Shown in pieces: positions 17,802 to 26,827 of a stretch of DNA of 47,939 nucleotides; position 1 is the stretch's first letter, and each line of letters starts with the position of its first letter. Location of the stretch: NCBI GenBank assembly GCA_035701885.1, contig DASSRG010000088.1:1-47939 (forward strand). The letters run 5' to 3'. The position numbers were made by a program, and so were the translations under genes. A model generated the notes under the pieces. That model was not told where the DNA came from. It saw nothing but the letters and a program-made list of their open reading frames with translations, and did no database searches. Origin of the DNA: Candidatus Limnocylindrales bacterium. GTDB taxonomy: Bacteria; Chloroflexota; Limnocylindria; Limnocylindrales; CSP1-4.

Positions 17802-19174
17802 CGCAGGACTCCAGGCAGCACGCCCGCGGCGGCGTCGCTCAGCGCGATCAGCGGCCCCGGCCAGATCCCGATCCCCAGGACCAGCGCCCCGAGCATCACC
17901 GGGACGATCCATTGCTGCCAGCGGCTCGGGGCGAGGTTCGCGTCGCCCTCCGGGCGCCACCGCTCGAACTGATAGATCTGGAACGCGTACACGAACGACA
18001 GGAGGCTGCCGAGGAGCACGACCACGACGAGGGCCGGCGAGTCGATGACGGCGCGGAAGACCTCGAGCTTGCCCACGAAGCCGGCCGCCGGGGGGACGCC
18101 CGAGATGCTGAGCGCGCCGAGCGCGAACAGGCCGCCGACGATGACGCCGCGTCGCTCGGTGGTGAGGAACAGCATCGTCTTGTTGGCGGCGTTCACGACC
18201 GTGTACAGGATCGCGGCGGCGATGCCCGCCGGTCCGCCGACCGCGATCGCGATCAGCACGTAGCCCACCTGCCCGATCGCCGAGTAGGCGAGCATCTCGG
18301 CGCCGGTCCGGCGCGAGACGGCGAGGATGCCGCCGTACACGATCGAGGTGGCCCCGATGATCACAAGGATTCCCGCGCCCAGCTCCAGCTCCCGGGGCAG
18401 GAGTCCGGCACCGAACCGGAGCAGCCCGTACGCGCCGATGTTCGCGAGGCTGCCGCTCAGGATCGCCGCGACGGCCGGACGGGCGGACGTGTAGACGGTG
18501 GGCAACCAGAAGTGGAACGGGAACAGCCCCAGCTTGACGCTGAACGCGACGAAGAACCCGACCGCGATGAGGATCGCCGCGTTCGGATCGGCGAGGACCA
18601 TCCGCTCCGCGACGCGCGACATGTCGAGCGTGCCGGTCACGCGGTAGAGCCCGGCGACCGACAGCAGGAACACGAACGTACCCAGGAGGTTCACCGCGGT
18701 GAACACGAGGCCGGCGCCGAGCACGCGAGCAGTGCGCCCGTGGATCGCCAGCACGTACGAGGCGGCGAGGGCGAGCTCGAAGAAGACGTAGAAGTTGAAC
18801 ACGTCCCCGGTGAGGAACGTGCCGTTCAGCCCCAGCGCGAGCAGCACCACGAGGCCGGGGAACTCGCGCTCGGTCGCAGGCTCCGACAGCTGGTGCGTCA
18901 CGGCGGCGGTCAGCATCGCGACCGACAGCAGGGCGAACGTGACGCCCATCGCGTCGGCGCGGAGGGTGATCCCGATGCCCACCGGCCAGCTGCCCGTCGT
19001 CACGACGACCGGCCCGTTGGACAGGACCTCCGCGGTCAGGGCCAGCAGCGCAGCGAGCGTCGCGGCGAGGGCGCAGACGGCGATGGCCCGGACGCGGCGT
19101 CGCCGGCCGTCGACGAACAGGATCGAGACACCGGCGACCCATGGGATGAGCAGGGCGAGCAGGAGGGCCGTCAT
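17798..19174 (-). CDS. mnhD: Mnh/Mrp antiporter subunit D (NuoM/N-like)
   Basis: 458 aa from MTALLLALLIPW. Proton-pumping antiporter-like fold with FNFYVFFELALAASYVL, WLPTVYTSARPAV and AYSAIGQVGYVL. ATGA overlap with mnhC. Confidence 0.85.
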   Translation of the reverse strand: MTALLLALLIPWVAGVSILFVDGRRRRVRAIAVCALAATLAALLALTAEVLSNGPVVVTTGSWPVGIGITLRADAMGVTFALLSVAMLTAAVTHQLSEPATEREFPGLVVLLALGLNGTFLTGDVFNFYVFFELALAASYVLAIHGRTARVLGAGLVFTAVNLLGTFVFLLSVAGLYRVTGTLDMSRVAERMVLADPNAAILIAVGFFVAFSVKLGLFPFHFWLPTVYTSARPAVAAILSGSLANIGAYGLLRFGAGLLPRELELGAGILVIIGATSIVYGGILAVSRRTGAEMLAYSAIGQVGYVLIAIAVGGPAGIAAAILYTVVNAANKTMLFLTTERRGVIVGGLFALGALSISGVPPAAGFVGKLEVFRAVIDSPALVVVVLLGSLLSFVYAFQIYQFERWRPEGDANLAPSRWQQWIVPVMLGALVLGIGIWPGPLIALSDAAAGVLPGVLR

Positions 19175-19569
19175 CGGGCAGACGCCTCCTCGTCCTCGTG
19201 GGCCGGTCCCTCGGCGCGCTCCAGCTGCTCGTCGAGCGCGGCCTCCTCCTGGCCGATGTCGCGAAGGGCCCGCGTCTGGAACGCGATCGCCACCCGCAGC
19301 ACGAGCACCAGCAGCAGCGCGGTCACCGCCATGCCGATCACGATCGCGGTCAGCGCCATCGCCTGGCTCAGCGGGTCGCTGATGGGGCCGTCGGGGAGCG
19401 GGTAGATCGCTGCCGCGCCGCGGTCGAGCGACGCCGCGATGAGCGTCAGGACCGCGGCCTGCGAGATGACGACGACGCCGAGCACCATCCGCACGAGGTC
19501 GCGGTGGAGGACGAGGTAGGCGCCGACCCCGAACAGCATCGCGGCCGCGAGCGCGAACACGAGGTTCAT
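19171..19569 (-). CDS. mnhC: Mnh/Mrp antiporter subunit C (NuoK-like)
   Basis: 132 aa, 3 TM, MNLVFALAAAMLFGVGAYLVLHRDLVRMVLG. ATGA overlap with mnhB. Confidence 0.85.
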   Translation of the reverse strand: MNLVFALAAAMLFGVGAYLVLHRDLVRMVLGVVVISQAAVLTLIAASLDRGAAAIYPLPDGPISDPLSQAMALTAIVIGMAVTALLLVLVLRVAIAFQTRALRDIGQEEAALDEQLERAEGPAHEDEEASAR

Positions 19570-20069
19570 CGCCCGGCCCCATCGGCGGTCGCGGCGTCAT
19601 CGGCCGTCGCCTCTTCGGCCACCGGCTCATCCGTCACGTCGTCGCCCTCGATGAGGCCGGTGAGGTGCCGGACGAGCATCACCAGGCTGCCCGACACGAG
19701 CATGAACAGCCCGACGTCGAACCCGACCGCCGTGGTGAGCTCGAGGGTCCCCACGTGGACCACGGGCTCGCCCGCGAGCGGCAGGTGGGTGAACGGCGGC
19801 TCCCCGATGAGGGTGCTCCCGAACCCGCAGGCGATTGCGATCAGCAAGCCCACGGCGGCGATGACGTGCGCGTGGCGCGCCGGCCGGATCGATCGGTCGC
19901 CGCGCCGCTGGCCAAGCACCACGTACCGGAGCGCGACGGCGAGCGCGACGATCACCCCGGCGCTGAAGCCTTCCCCGGCGTCGGTGTAGCCCTTCACGAT
20001 GAGCGCGGCCGCGAGCATGATCGCGGGCGCGAGCAGGCGGGGCGCGACGACGTCGATGACCGGGCTCAC
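19566..20069 (-). CDS. mnhB: Mnh/Mrp antiporter subunit B
   Basis: 167 aa from GTG 20069, the C-terminal part of track ORF 19566..22022. MnhB-like KGYTDAGEGFSAGVIVALA. GTGA overlap with mnhA. Confidence 0.75.
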   Translation of the reverse strand: MSPVIDVVAPRLLAPAIMLAAALIVKGYTDAGEGFSAGVIVALAVALRYVVLGQRRGDRSIRPARHAHVIAAVGLLIAIACGFGSTLIGEPPFTHLPLAGEPVVHVGTLELTTAVGFDVGLFMLVSGSLVMLVRHLTGLIEGDDVTDEPVAEEATADDAATADGAGR

Positions 20070-22363
20070 GCGGTCTCCCTCCGTCGGAGCAGGCTCACGA
20101 CGCCGAGGATCGCGACGGCGAGCACGGTGATCTCGACCATGGTGTCCAGGCCGCGGAAGTCGGCCAGGATGACCGTGACGACGTCGCCGCCGTGGGCCTC
20201 GGGTGTCCGGCGGATCTGGTCCGCGGCGTCGCTGGCGCCGAGCGGCGGCCGGGACAGGGCCGTCCAGATGACCGCGAACGCGCTGGCGCCGGCGATCACG
20301 CCGGCCGCCACGTTCCGCAGCCGGTGCGGCGCGGCTCCGGCGCCGGCCGGTCGGTGGACGGTCGTGCCGGGCAGGCGCTCGAACACGGCGACGAAGATGA
20401 GCGTCACCACGCTCTCGACGACGAGGGCGACGAGCGCCACGTCCGGCGCCCCCATCACGGCGTACACGCCGGCGAGCGAGAAGCCGACGACGGACAGGGC
20501 GAGCACCGGCCGCAGCCGGCCACGGTCCGTGGCCGCGGTGACGGCTGCGACTACGGCGAGCGCGAGCAGCGCGATCGTGGGCACGTCGGCCGGGACGACC
20601 GGCCCGATCACGTACGCGCCTTCGGTCGGCGTCGCGAGGAACCCGAGCGCGACGAGGGCGCCGGTGGGGACGAGGATCGCGGTGAGGCTGGTGCGGAGGT
20701 CGCGGACCTCGGCGCGGTGGGCCCGGTCGGAGGCGCGGTTCAGGGCGAGGAGGAAACCGCTGTACAGCCGGCGCGGGCCGAGGCGTTCGCCCAGGCCGTC
20801 GACCGCGGCGAAGATCCGCGGCCGGAGGCGCGCGACGACGAGCAGCAGCGCGCCGAGTGCGTACGCGGCGACGGCCATCAGGTTCGCGGGCCGGGCGTCC
20901 AGGTGGTACGCGGGATCGGCATGCACGGGCGCCCCGTGCGTCACCGCGGCGGCGGCCTCGGCGAGCCGTGCGAACGGATCGACCGCCACCCCGCCGATGA
21001 CGGACAGCGCCCCGAGCACCACCACCGGCGCGACGAGGAGCACCGGCAGGGGCGCCGCGGGGCTGCGCCGCGGCCCGACGAAGATCGCGAGCCAGAACCG
21101 GCCGAGGTAGGCAACGGTCAGGCCCGCACCCAGGACCGCGAGCGCGGTCACAACGGGTCCCCGGCTTGTCGCGGCGATGAAGTACAGCTCGTCCTTGAAG
21201 AACCCGAGGGTCAGGGGCAGGGCAGCGAGCGATGCGGCGCACACCAGGCTTGCGATCGCGAGCGTGGGCAGGTCGCGCGCCAGGCCCCCGAGGCGCGACA
21301 GCCGCGACTCGCCGGTGGATTCGGTCACCGCCCCGGCCGTCATGAACAACGCGCTCTTGGCGATGGCGTGCGCGACGACGTACAGCGCGGCCGCGACCGC
21401 CCCGTCGGGCCCGCCGATCCCGTACAGCACGACGACGTACCCGTACTGCGAGATCGTCGAGTAGGCGAGGACCTGCTTGAGCTCGTCCTGCGCGAGGGCC
21501 AGCAACCCGCCGACGGCGATCGACGCGAAGCCGACGACGAGGAGGACGTCGAGGACGGCAGGGTTCAGCGCGAGCAGCGGGTGGACCCGGCCGATCACGA
21601 GGACGCCTGCGGCGACCATCGCGGCAGAGTGCAGATACGCGGACACGGGCGTCGGGGCGGCCATCGCCCGTGGGAGCCAGAAGTGGAGCGGCACCTGGGC
21701 GCTCTTGGCGAGCGCGGCGACGGCGATGAGCAGCGCGGCCGTGGTCGTGGCCGGTCCGGGCGCCGCGGACCGGAACAGGGCTTCGAGCGACGTGGTGCCG
21801 TAGACGGCCTGGAGCAGCACCGCGCCGATGAGCAGCGCGACGGCGCTGACGCCGGTGACGAGGAGCGCCATCAGCGCCGATCCGCGGGCCTCGACGCGGT
21901 GCCTGTCGAAGCCGATCAGGAAGTAGGACGCGACCGCCGTGATGTCGAAGAACACGAACAGCACGATCAGGTCCTGGGCGGTCGCGAGGCCGATCATCGC
22001 GAGCATGAACAGCGTCATCCACGGCCAGAACCGCCTGGCCTCGGATGGCGGCCGATCCTCGTGGGCGAGGTGCCGCGGGAGGTACGCCGCACCGTACGCG
22101 AAGACCAGGAGGCCGATGCCGCTCGCGAGCAGGGCGTAGAGGGCGGACAGCCCGTCGAAGCCAAGCTCGAGCCGGATCCCGAGGGACGGTGCCCAGGGAA
22201 GGCTGAACCGCCAGCCGCCGCTCGGCGCGCCGTTCGCCACGCCCACGAGGGTCAGCGCGAACGCGACCGCGGCGATCCCGACCGACGTCCAGGCGAGCAC
22301 CGACGCCCTGCCGCCGGACGCCGACCCGCCGCTCGCGTGCGCTCCGCCGGCTCGCGGCGTCAT
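20066..22363 (-). CDS. mnhA: Mnh/Mrp antiporter subunit A (NuoL-like with MnhB-like C-terminal extension)
   Basis: NuoL-type motifs LGFDGLSALYALL, FVFFDITAVASYFLIGF, HFWLPRAMAAPTPVSAYLHSAAMV and AYSTISQYGYVV. The start is uncertain: ATG 22363 gives 765 aa, and the upstream in-frame start at 22495 gives 809 aa. Confidence 0.85.
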   Translation of the reverse strand: MTPRAGGAHASGGSASGGRASVLAWTSVGIAAVAFALTLVGVANGAPSGGWRFSLPWAPSLGIRLELGFDGLSALYALLASGIGLLVFAYGAAYLPRHLAHEDRPPSEARRFWPWMTLFMLAMIGLATAQDLIVLFVFFDITAVASYFLIGFDRHRVEARGSALMALLVTGVSAVALLIGAVLLQAVYGTTSLEALFRSAAPGPATTTAALLIAVAALAKSAQVPLHFWLPRAMAAPTPVSAYLHSAAMVAAGVLVIGRVHPLLALNPAVLDVLLVVGFASIAVGGLLALAQDELKQVLAYSTISQYGYVVVLYGIGGPDGAVAAALYVVAHAIAKSALFMTAGAVTESTGESRLSRLGGLARDLPTLAIASLVCAASLAALPLTLGFFKDELYFIAATSRGPVVTALAVLGAGLTVAYLGRFWLAIFVGPRRSPAAPLPVLLVAPVVVLGALSVIGGVAVDPFARLAEAAAAVTHGAPVHADPAYHLDARPANLMAVAAYALGALLLVVARLRPRIFAAVDGLGERLGPRRLYSGFLLALNRASDRAHRAEVRDLRTSLTAILVPTGALVALGFLATPTEGAYVIGPVVPADVPTIALLALAVVAAVTAATDRGRLRPVLALSVVGFSLAGVYAVMGAPDVALVALVVESVVTLIFVAVFERLPGTTVHRPAGAGAAPHRLRNVAAGVIAGASAFAVIWTALSRPPLGASDAADQIRRTPEAHGGDVVTVILADFRGLDTMVEITVLAVAILGVVSLLRRRETA

Positions 22364-22565
22364 CGGCGCGGAAGGGTCGTGGTGAGGGGCGACCTGGGCA
22401 GGGATCGGTCCTCCGGGTGCGGCGAGAGCCGGGCGGGCATCCGCCCGTGGCAGCGACCCGTCACAGACCGTAGACCGCCCGGCCCCGCGCGGCAAGGACC
22501 GTGCTCGTGGCGGATTGGGCGGTCGGGCCGCCGGTCACGATCGTATCCGGGAACCGCCGGGGACC

Positions 22566-22607
22566 GGGAGAAACGAAGGAGCCGGCCCCGTTGCCAGGAC
22601 CGGCTCG
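22566..22607 (-). terminator. Candidate intrinsic terminator after the 188-aa membrane protein gene
   Basis: On the minus strand, GAGCCGGTCC-loop-GGGGCCGGCTC forms a GC stem (22579-22606). It is followed by CTTCGTTTCTCCC, about 20 nt past the stop at 22628. Confidence 0.4.
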
Positions 22608-22627
22608 TCGTTCGGGCAGTGCCGCCG

Positions 22628-23194
22628 TCAGGCGCTCGGGGGCGCCTCCTCGGTGGCCGGCGCGGCCGGCGCGGCCGGCGCGGGCGCCGGGGCCGCGGGA
22701 GCCGGAGCGGCCTTCGCGGCGGCGTTCGCCGCCATCGCCGCGGCGTTGGCCGCCGCGAGCTGCTCGTAGGCGGCGCGCTGCTCGGGCGTCATCCGGTCCA
22801 TCTCGTTCTTGATGAAGTGGTCCCGCACGCCCGGGTACTGCAGGTACAGCAGGATGAGCAGGGCGAGGAGCCACGGGATCGTCTCGGCCTCGATCGAGGA
22901 TCCGAACAGCAGGGCCGTGAAGCCCCAGATCACCGTGAACAGGGCGATGAACACGCCGAACGACCACGCGTAGGCGCGCAGCTGCCAGAAGCCCTTGGCC
23001 TCGTAGAACCAGATCGCGGCAAGGAGCAACGCCCAGAAGGCCTGGCCCCACTGCGGGTTCGGGAACGACACGCTCTGCCCGAGACCGAAGTTGAAGCTCG
23101 CGATGCCCATGAAGATGAGCATCCGGTAGAGCTCATAGATGCCGATGAGGGCGGATCCCACCGCCAGCAGGGTGACCCCGATGGGTCGATTCAT
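22628..23194 (-). CDS. Small integral membrane protein with Ala/Pro-rich C-terminal tail (function unknown)
   Basis: 188 aa from MNRPIGV, preceded by the SD-like GAGGGAGAAGGA. Four hydrophobic segments. The tail reads AAANAAAMAANAAAKAAPAPAAPAPAPAAPAAP. Confidence 0.6.
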   Translation of the reverse strand: MNRPIGVTLLAVGSALIGIYELYRMLIFMGIASFNFGLGQSVSFPNPQWGQAFWALLLAAIWFYEAKGFWQLRAYAWSFGVFIALFTVIWGFTALLFGSSIEAETIPWLLALLILLYLQYPGVRDHFIKNEMDRMTPEQRAAYEQLAAANAAAMAANAAAKAAPAPAAPAPAPAAPAAPATEEAPPSA

Positions 23195-23302
23195 TCCTTC
23201 TCCCTCGTGCTTGGCCGTCGCCCTCACGACGGCGTGCTCGGATACGGTCCCACACGCCCCCGATCCAGATTGCGGCGAGCGTGCGGCCGGCACATCGTCC
23301 GA

Positions 23303-25012
23303 ATGGGGTTAGGCGTGACGCGGCCTACACTCGGACAGATGCACGCCCTGCCGCGCCGCGACGCGCTGATCCTGCTTGCCGTCCTGGGCGCCGGGGTGTT
23401 CCTCGCGGGCCTCGAGCTGATGATCACGGCCGTCGCGCTGCCGGCGATCGTCGTCGACCTGGCGGACTGGACGCGGCTGCGCGAGGCGTCCTGGATCATC
23501 AACGGCTACCTGCTGGTGTACGTCGTTACGATGCCGCTGGCCGGCCGGCTCGCCGACCTGTGGGGCAACCGCCGGATGTTCCTCGCCGCGCTCGTGCTGT
23601 TCACCGTGGGCTCCCTGCTCGCCGGCCTCGCCCCGACGCTCGCGCTGCTGGTCGGCGCCCGGCTCGTCCAGGCGGCGGGCGGCGGCATCCTCGTGCCGGT
23701 GGCGACCTCCGCCGCGACGCACCTGTTCGGCGGCTCGGCGCGGCCGCGCGCGCTCGGCGTGATCGGCGCGCTGACGTTCCTCGGCATGGCCGCCGGGCCG
23801 TTCCTGGGCGCCGCGATCCTCGGCTCGTTCCACCCGGAGGCCGCCCTGTCACGGCTCGGCATCCCGCCCACGAGCGCCGTCGCCGAGGCGCTCGCGCCGG
23901 CCTGGCGGTGGGTGTTCTACGTCAACGTGCCGATCGGGATCCTCGCCCTCGCGATCGCGTGGGCCGCCAGCACCGGGTGGGAGACCCCGCGACGCGCGGG
24001 GCGAGTCGACGTCGTGGGCGCCGTCGTGTTCTCGCTGTTCCTGCTCGGACTGCTGGGGTCACTGACGCTGCTCGGCTCGCGCCCGTCCGCGGACGGCTCG
24101 GGGCTCGACCCCGCGCTCGTGTCGGCGATCCTCGCCACGGTCGCCGTCGCCGGGCTGCTGATCACGATCGTGCGCGGGTTCCGTGTCGACGATCCGTTCC
24201 TCGACCCCCGGCTGTTCCGAAGCGCGTCCTTCTCCTCCGCGACGCTCGTCTCCGGGCTCACCGGCTACGGCTTCGCGACGGCGATCGTGGGTGGCGCGGT
24301 GTTCGTGGATCGTGTCCTCTACGGCGGGCCCGACGAGCAGCGGCTCGCGCTCGGGGCGCTTGCCGGGGCGACCGCGGCCGGCGCCCTGCTGTCCGGGTTC
24401 GCCGTCCGGATCCTCCGGCTCCGCCTCGTGACGTTGATCGGGCTCGGGGCGTCGATCGTCGCGCTGGTCGCGATGGCCGGCTGGACCCGCGACACCTCGG
24501 TCGAGCAGGCGGCGCTCGCGCTGGCCGTGTTCGGCGCCGGCTTCGGGCTCACGGTGACGCCCCGCAGCACGGCGGCCGTCGAGTCGGTGTCGCGCGAGGC
24601 CTACGGCGTCGCCTCGTCGACCGTGACCGTCGCCCGGATGGTCGGCATGGCGGTCGGGCTCGCGATCCTGACCGCATACGGGTCGACGACGATCGACACG
24701 CTGTACGACCAGGTCTACGCGACCCCCGACGCGTACAAGGCGTACATCCCCGAGACGCTCCGGGATCGGCCGCTCCGCGACGGCCTCGTCGTGGAGGCGC
24801 TGGAGGCATGGGCAGCGAGCGAGGCGGCCCGGATCATGGTCGGCATCTTCCTCGTCGCGGCGGCGGTCACGGCGGCCGCGATCCCGCCGTCACTCCTGCT
24901 CGATCGGCGTCGGCGTATGCTCGCGCGGGCCGGGGACGAGCCGGCGGCCCGCGAACCCGGAGCAGCCGATGCCGACGTCGACGGACCCCACGACCCCGCC
25001 TTCATCGCCTGA
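23303..25012 (+). CDS. MFS transporter, DHA2 (EmrB/QacA-like, 14-TM type)
   Basis: C-terminal ~570 codons of track ORF 20192..25012. MFS motif in PLAGRLADLWGNRRMF, and many TM segments. Alternative start at ATG 23339. Confidence 0.8.
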   Translation: MGLGVTRPTLGQMHALPRRDALILLAVLGAGVFLAGLELMITAVALPAIVVDLADWTRLREASWIINGYLLVYVVTMPLAGRLADLWGNRRMFLAALVLFTVGSLLAGLAPTLALLVGARLVQAAGGGILVPVATSAATHLFGGSARPRALGVIGALTFLGMAAGPFLGAAILGSFHPEAALSRLGIPPTSAVAEALAPAWRWVFYVNVPIGILALAIAWAASTGWETPRRAGRVDVVGAVVFSLFLLGLLGSLTLLGSRPSADGSGLDPALVSAILATVAVAGLLITIVRGFRVDDPFLDPRLFRSASFSSATLVSGLTGYGFATAIVGGAVFVDRVLYGGPDEQRLALGALAGATAAGALLSGFAVRILRLRLVTLIGLGASIVALVAMAGWTRDTSVEQAALALAVFGAGFGLTVTPRSTAAVESVSREAYGVASSTVTVARMVGMAVGLAILTAYGSTTIDTLYDQVYATPDAYKAYIPETLRDRPLRDGLVVEALEAWAASEAARIMVGIFLVAAAVTAAAIPPSLLLDRRRRMLARAGDEPAAREPGAADADVDGPHDPAFIA

Positions 25013-25979
25013 CGACGCGGCGCATGTCCGGGTCGTCAGCTGGTCGAACGGGGAGGCGCGGCGCTCGCACGGGATCGATGCGCTGCGCGAGGCGCTCGCC
25101 GACCCTGAGGCCCTCGTCTGGGTGGACGTCACGTCGTCGGCGCCCGAGCATGTCGAGCCCGTCGCGCGCGTGCTGAACCTCCACCCGCTGATCGCCGAGG
25201 ACATCGCCGAGCGCAACCAGCGCGCGAAGGTCGAGGAGATCGAGGGGACGCTCCACGTGGTCCTGTTCTGGATCGCGTACCAGGGCGAGGTGACCGAGGT
25301 CGAGGTCGACATGGTGCTCGACCACCGGAGCCTGCTCACCGTCCACGAGCCCGGCTGGGACCCGTTCGGACTGCCGACCCTGCGGGGCAACCCCGGATCG
25401 CTCCTCAGGCGCGGCCCCGACTTCCTCATGTACGGGATCGCCGACGGCATCGTCGACGGCTACTTCCCCGTCATCGACGCCCTCGACGACGAGATCGACG
25501 CCCTCCAGGACGCGGTCATCCAGACGCCGACGTCCGGGACGCTGGAGCGGCTGTTCGCGCTCAAGCGCGAGCTCGTCGGGTTGCGCCGGGCGATGTCGCC
25601 GTCGCGCGAGATCTTCAACCAGCTCACGAACCGCGACCTCGGCCTCGTCAAGCCCGAGCACATCGTCTACTTCCGCGACGTGTACGACCACCTCATCCGG
25701 GTCACCGACGAGCTCGACAACGACCGGGAACTGGTGGCCGGCACGCTGGACGTCTACCTCTCGACCGTCAACAACAACCTGTCGACGATCATGAAGCGGC
25801 TGACGGGCGTGACGGTGATCCTGGCCGGCATCGGCGCCGTGGCAGGGATCTTCGGCATGAGCGAGGCGGCGAACGCGATCGCGGACCGCGAGGCAGGCGG
25901 GTTCTGGATGATCACGCTGGCGATCGGCGTGGGGGCGGCGCTGACCGCGGTGGTGCTTCGCCGGATCGACTGGATCTAG
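24969..25979 (+). CDS. corA: CorA-family divalent cation transporter (GMN motif reads GMS)
   Basis: 336 aa. Cytoplasmic domain plus two C-terminal TMs, with ..VAGIFGMSEAAN.. where CorA normally has YGMNF. A 44-nt overlap joins it to the MFS gene. Confidence 0.75.
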   Translation: MPTSTDPTTPPSSPDDAAHVRVVSWSNGEARRSHGIDALREALADPEALVWVDVTSSAPEHVEPVARVLNLHPLIAEDIAERNQRAKVEEIEGTLHVVLFWIAYQGEVTEVEVDMVLDHRSLLTVHEPGWDPFGLPTLRGNPGSLLRRGPDFLMYGIADGIVDGYFPVIDALDDEIDALQDAVIQTPTSGTLERLFALKRELVGLRRAMSPSREIFNQLTNRDLGLVKPEHIVYFRDVYDHLIRVTDELDNDRELVAGTLDVYLSTVNNNLSTIMKRLTGVTVILAGIGAVAGIFGMSEAANAIADREAGGFWMITLAIGVGAALTAVVLRRIDWI

Positions 25980-25998
25980 CGCCGGTGCCCGTGCTCCG

Positions 25999-26026
25999 TC
26001 AGCAGCGGACGGTCAGCAGCGGACGG
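25999..26026. repeat. 2 x 14-bp tandem duplication spanning the stop codon of the sortase-like gene
   Basis: tcagcagcggacgg occurs twice in direct succession. Each copy can fold as CCGTC-N7-GACGG. Confidence 0.9.
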
Positions 26027-26759
26027 GCTTCGGCTTCGGCCGGGACTCCTTCTTCGTGGAGTCCTCCACCGACAGGAACCGGCCGATGACCTGGGTCTTG
26101 CCCTTCGTGCCGGCGGGACCCTCCGAGGTCTGGAGCCAGATCTCCTCCTTCGCCCGCGACATCGCGTTGTCGAGGCTCGTGATGTGGAGGCGGACTGCCC
26201 GGACCTCGTACAGGTAGAGGCGGTTCCAGTTCGTGTAGACCTGGACGATCATCCCCAGCATCTTGTTCGGCGTGCGATCGCGGATGGCGAGGTTGTAGAT
26301 CGGCCCGAACATCCCGTCCCGGGCATGGGAGTAGATGTATGTCGCGCGGCCCTCGCCCGGCTGCCCGAACACGTCCTTGTCCGCCTTCTTGCTCGACGAC
26401 AGGTACATCGCGACGTTGCAGTACGGGTAGCCGTCGTTGCCGCGAATGACCGGGAGGTCGATGTCCAACGCCGGGACGACGACGCGTGTCGCGATCTCGC
26501 GACCGGTGTGCTTCGGCGTCGCCTCGGGCGTCGGCGCGGGCGACACGCTGGGGTCCAGGGACTCGGCAGGGGACGGCGAGGGAGGGTCGCTCTCGACGAC
26601 CTCGCTGGGTGCCTCGATGATCTCGGGCGTCTCGAGCACCGCCGTGCCGGCCGTGGTGGGGTCGGGGTACGTGAGCAGGCCCGCGGTGATCAGCACGACG
26701 CCGAGCGCGGTGAGCAGTGCCGGGACGACCCGGGATACGGCGTTGAGCAGGGAGGCCAT
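26013..26759 (-). CDS. Sortase-fold membrane-anchored protein with Ser at the catalytic Cys position
   Basis: 248 aa: N-terminal TM anchor, Pro/Ser linker, then a sortase-like series RVVVPALDIDLPVIRG, QPGEGRATYIYSHARDGMFGP, GMIVQVYTNWNRLYLYEV, EIWLQTSEGP (in place of TLxTC) and VIGRFL. Confidence 0.55.
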   Translation of the reverse strand: MASLLNAVSRVVPALLTALGVVLITAGLLTYPDPTTAGTAVLETPEIIEAPSEVVESDPPSPSPAESLDPSVSPAPTPEATPKHTGREIATRVVVPALDIDLPVIRGNDGYPYCNVAMYLSSSKKADKDVFGQPGEGRATYIYSHARDGMFGPIYNLAIRDRTPNKMLGMIVQVYTNWNRLYLYEVRAVRLHITSLDNAMSRAKEEIWLQTSEGPAGTKGKTQVIGRFLSVEDSTKKESRPKPKPVRC

Positions 26760-26827
26760 GGCGCGCGAATCCTAGTCGAGGCTCCGGAAACCTGCCCGGG
26801 TCCAGTGGTACTGGTACGCTCGCCCGG

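Noticed and set aside
20192-25012. 1606-aa plus-strand ORF in the track
   Set aside because: Only the last ~570 codons (from about 23303) encode the MFS transporter. The rest is antisense to mnhA and the small membrane protein, and has Arg/Glu/Asp/Gly-dominated composition.
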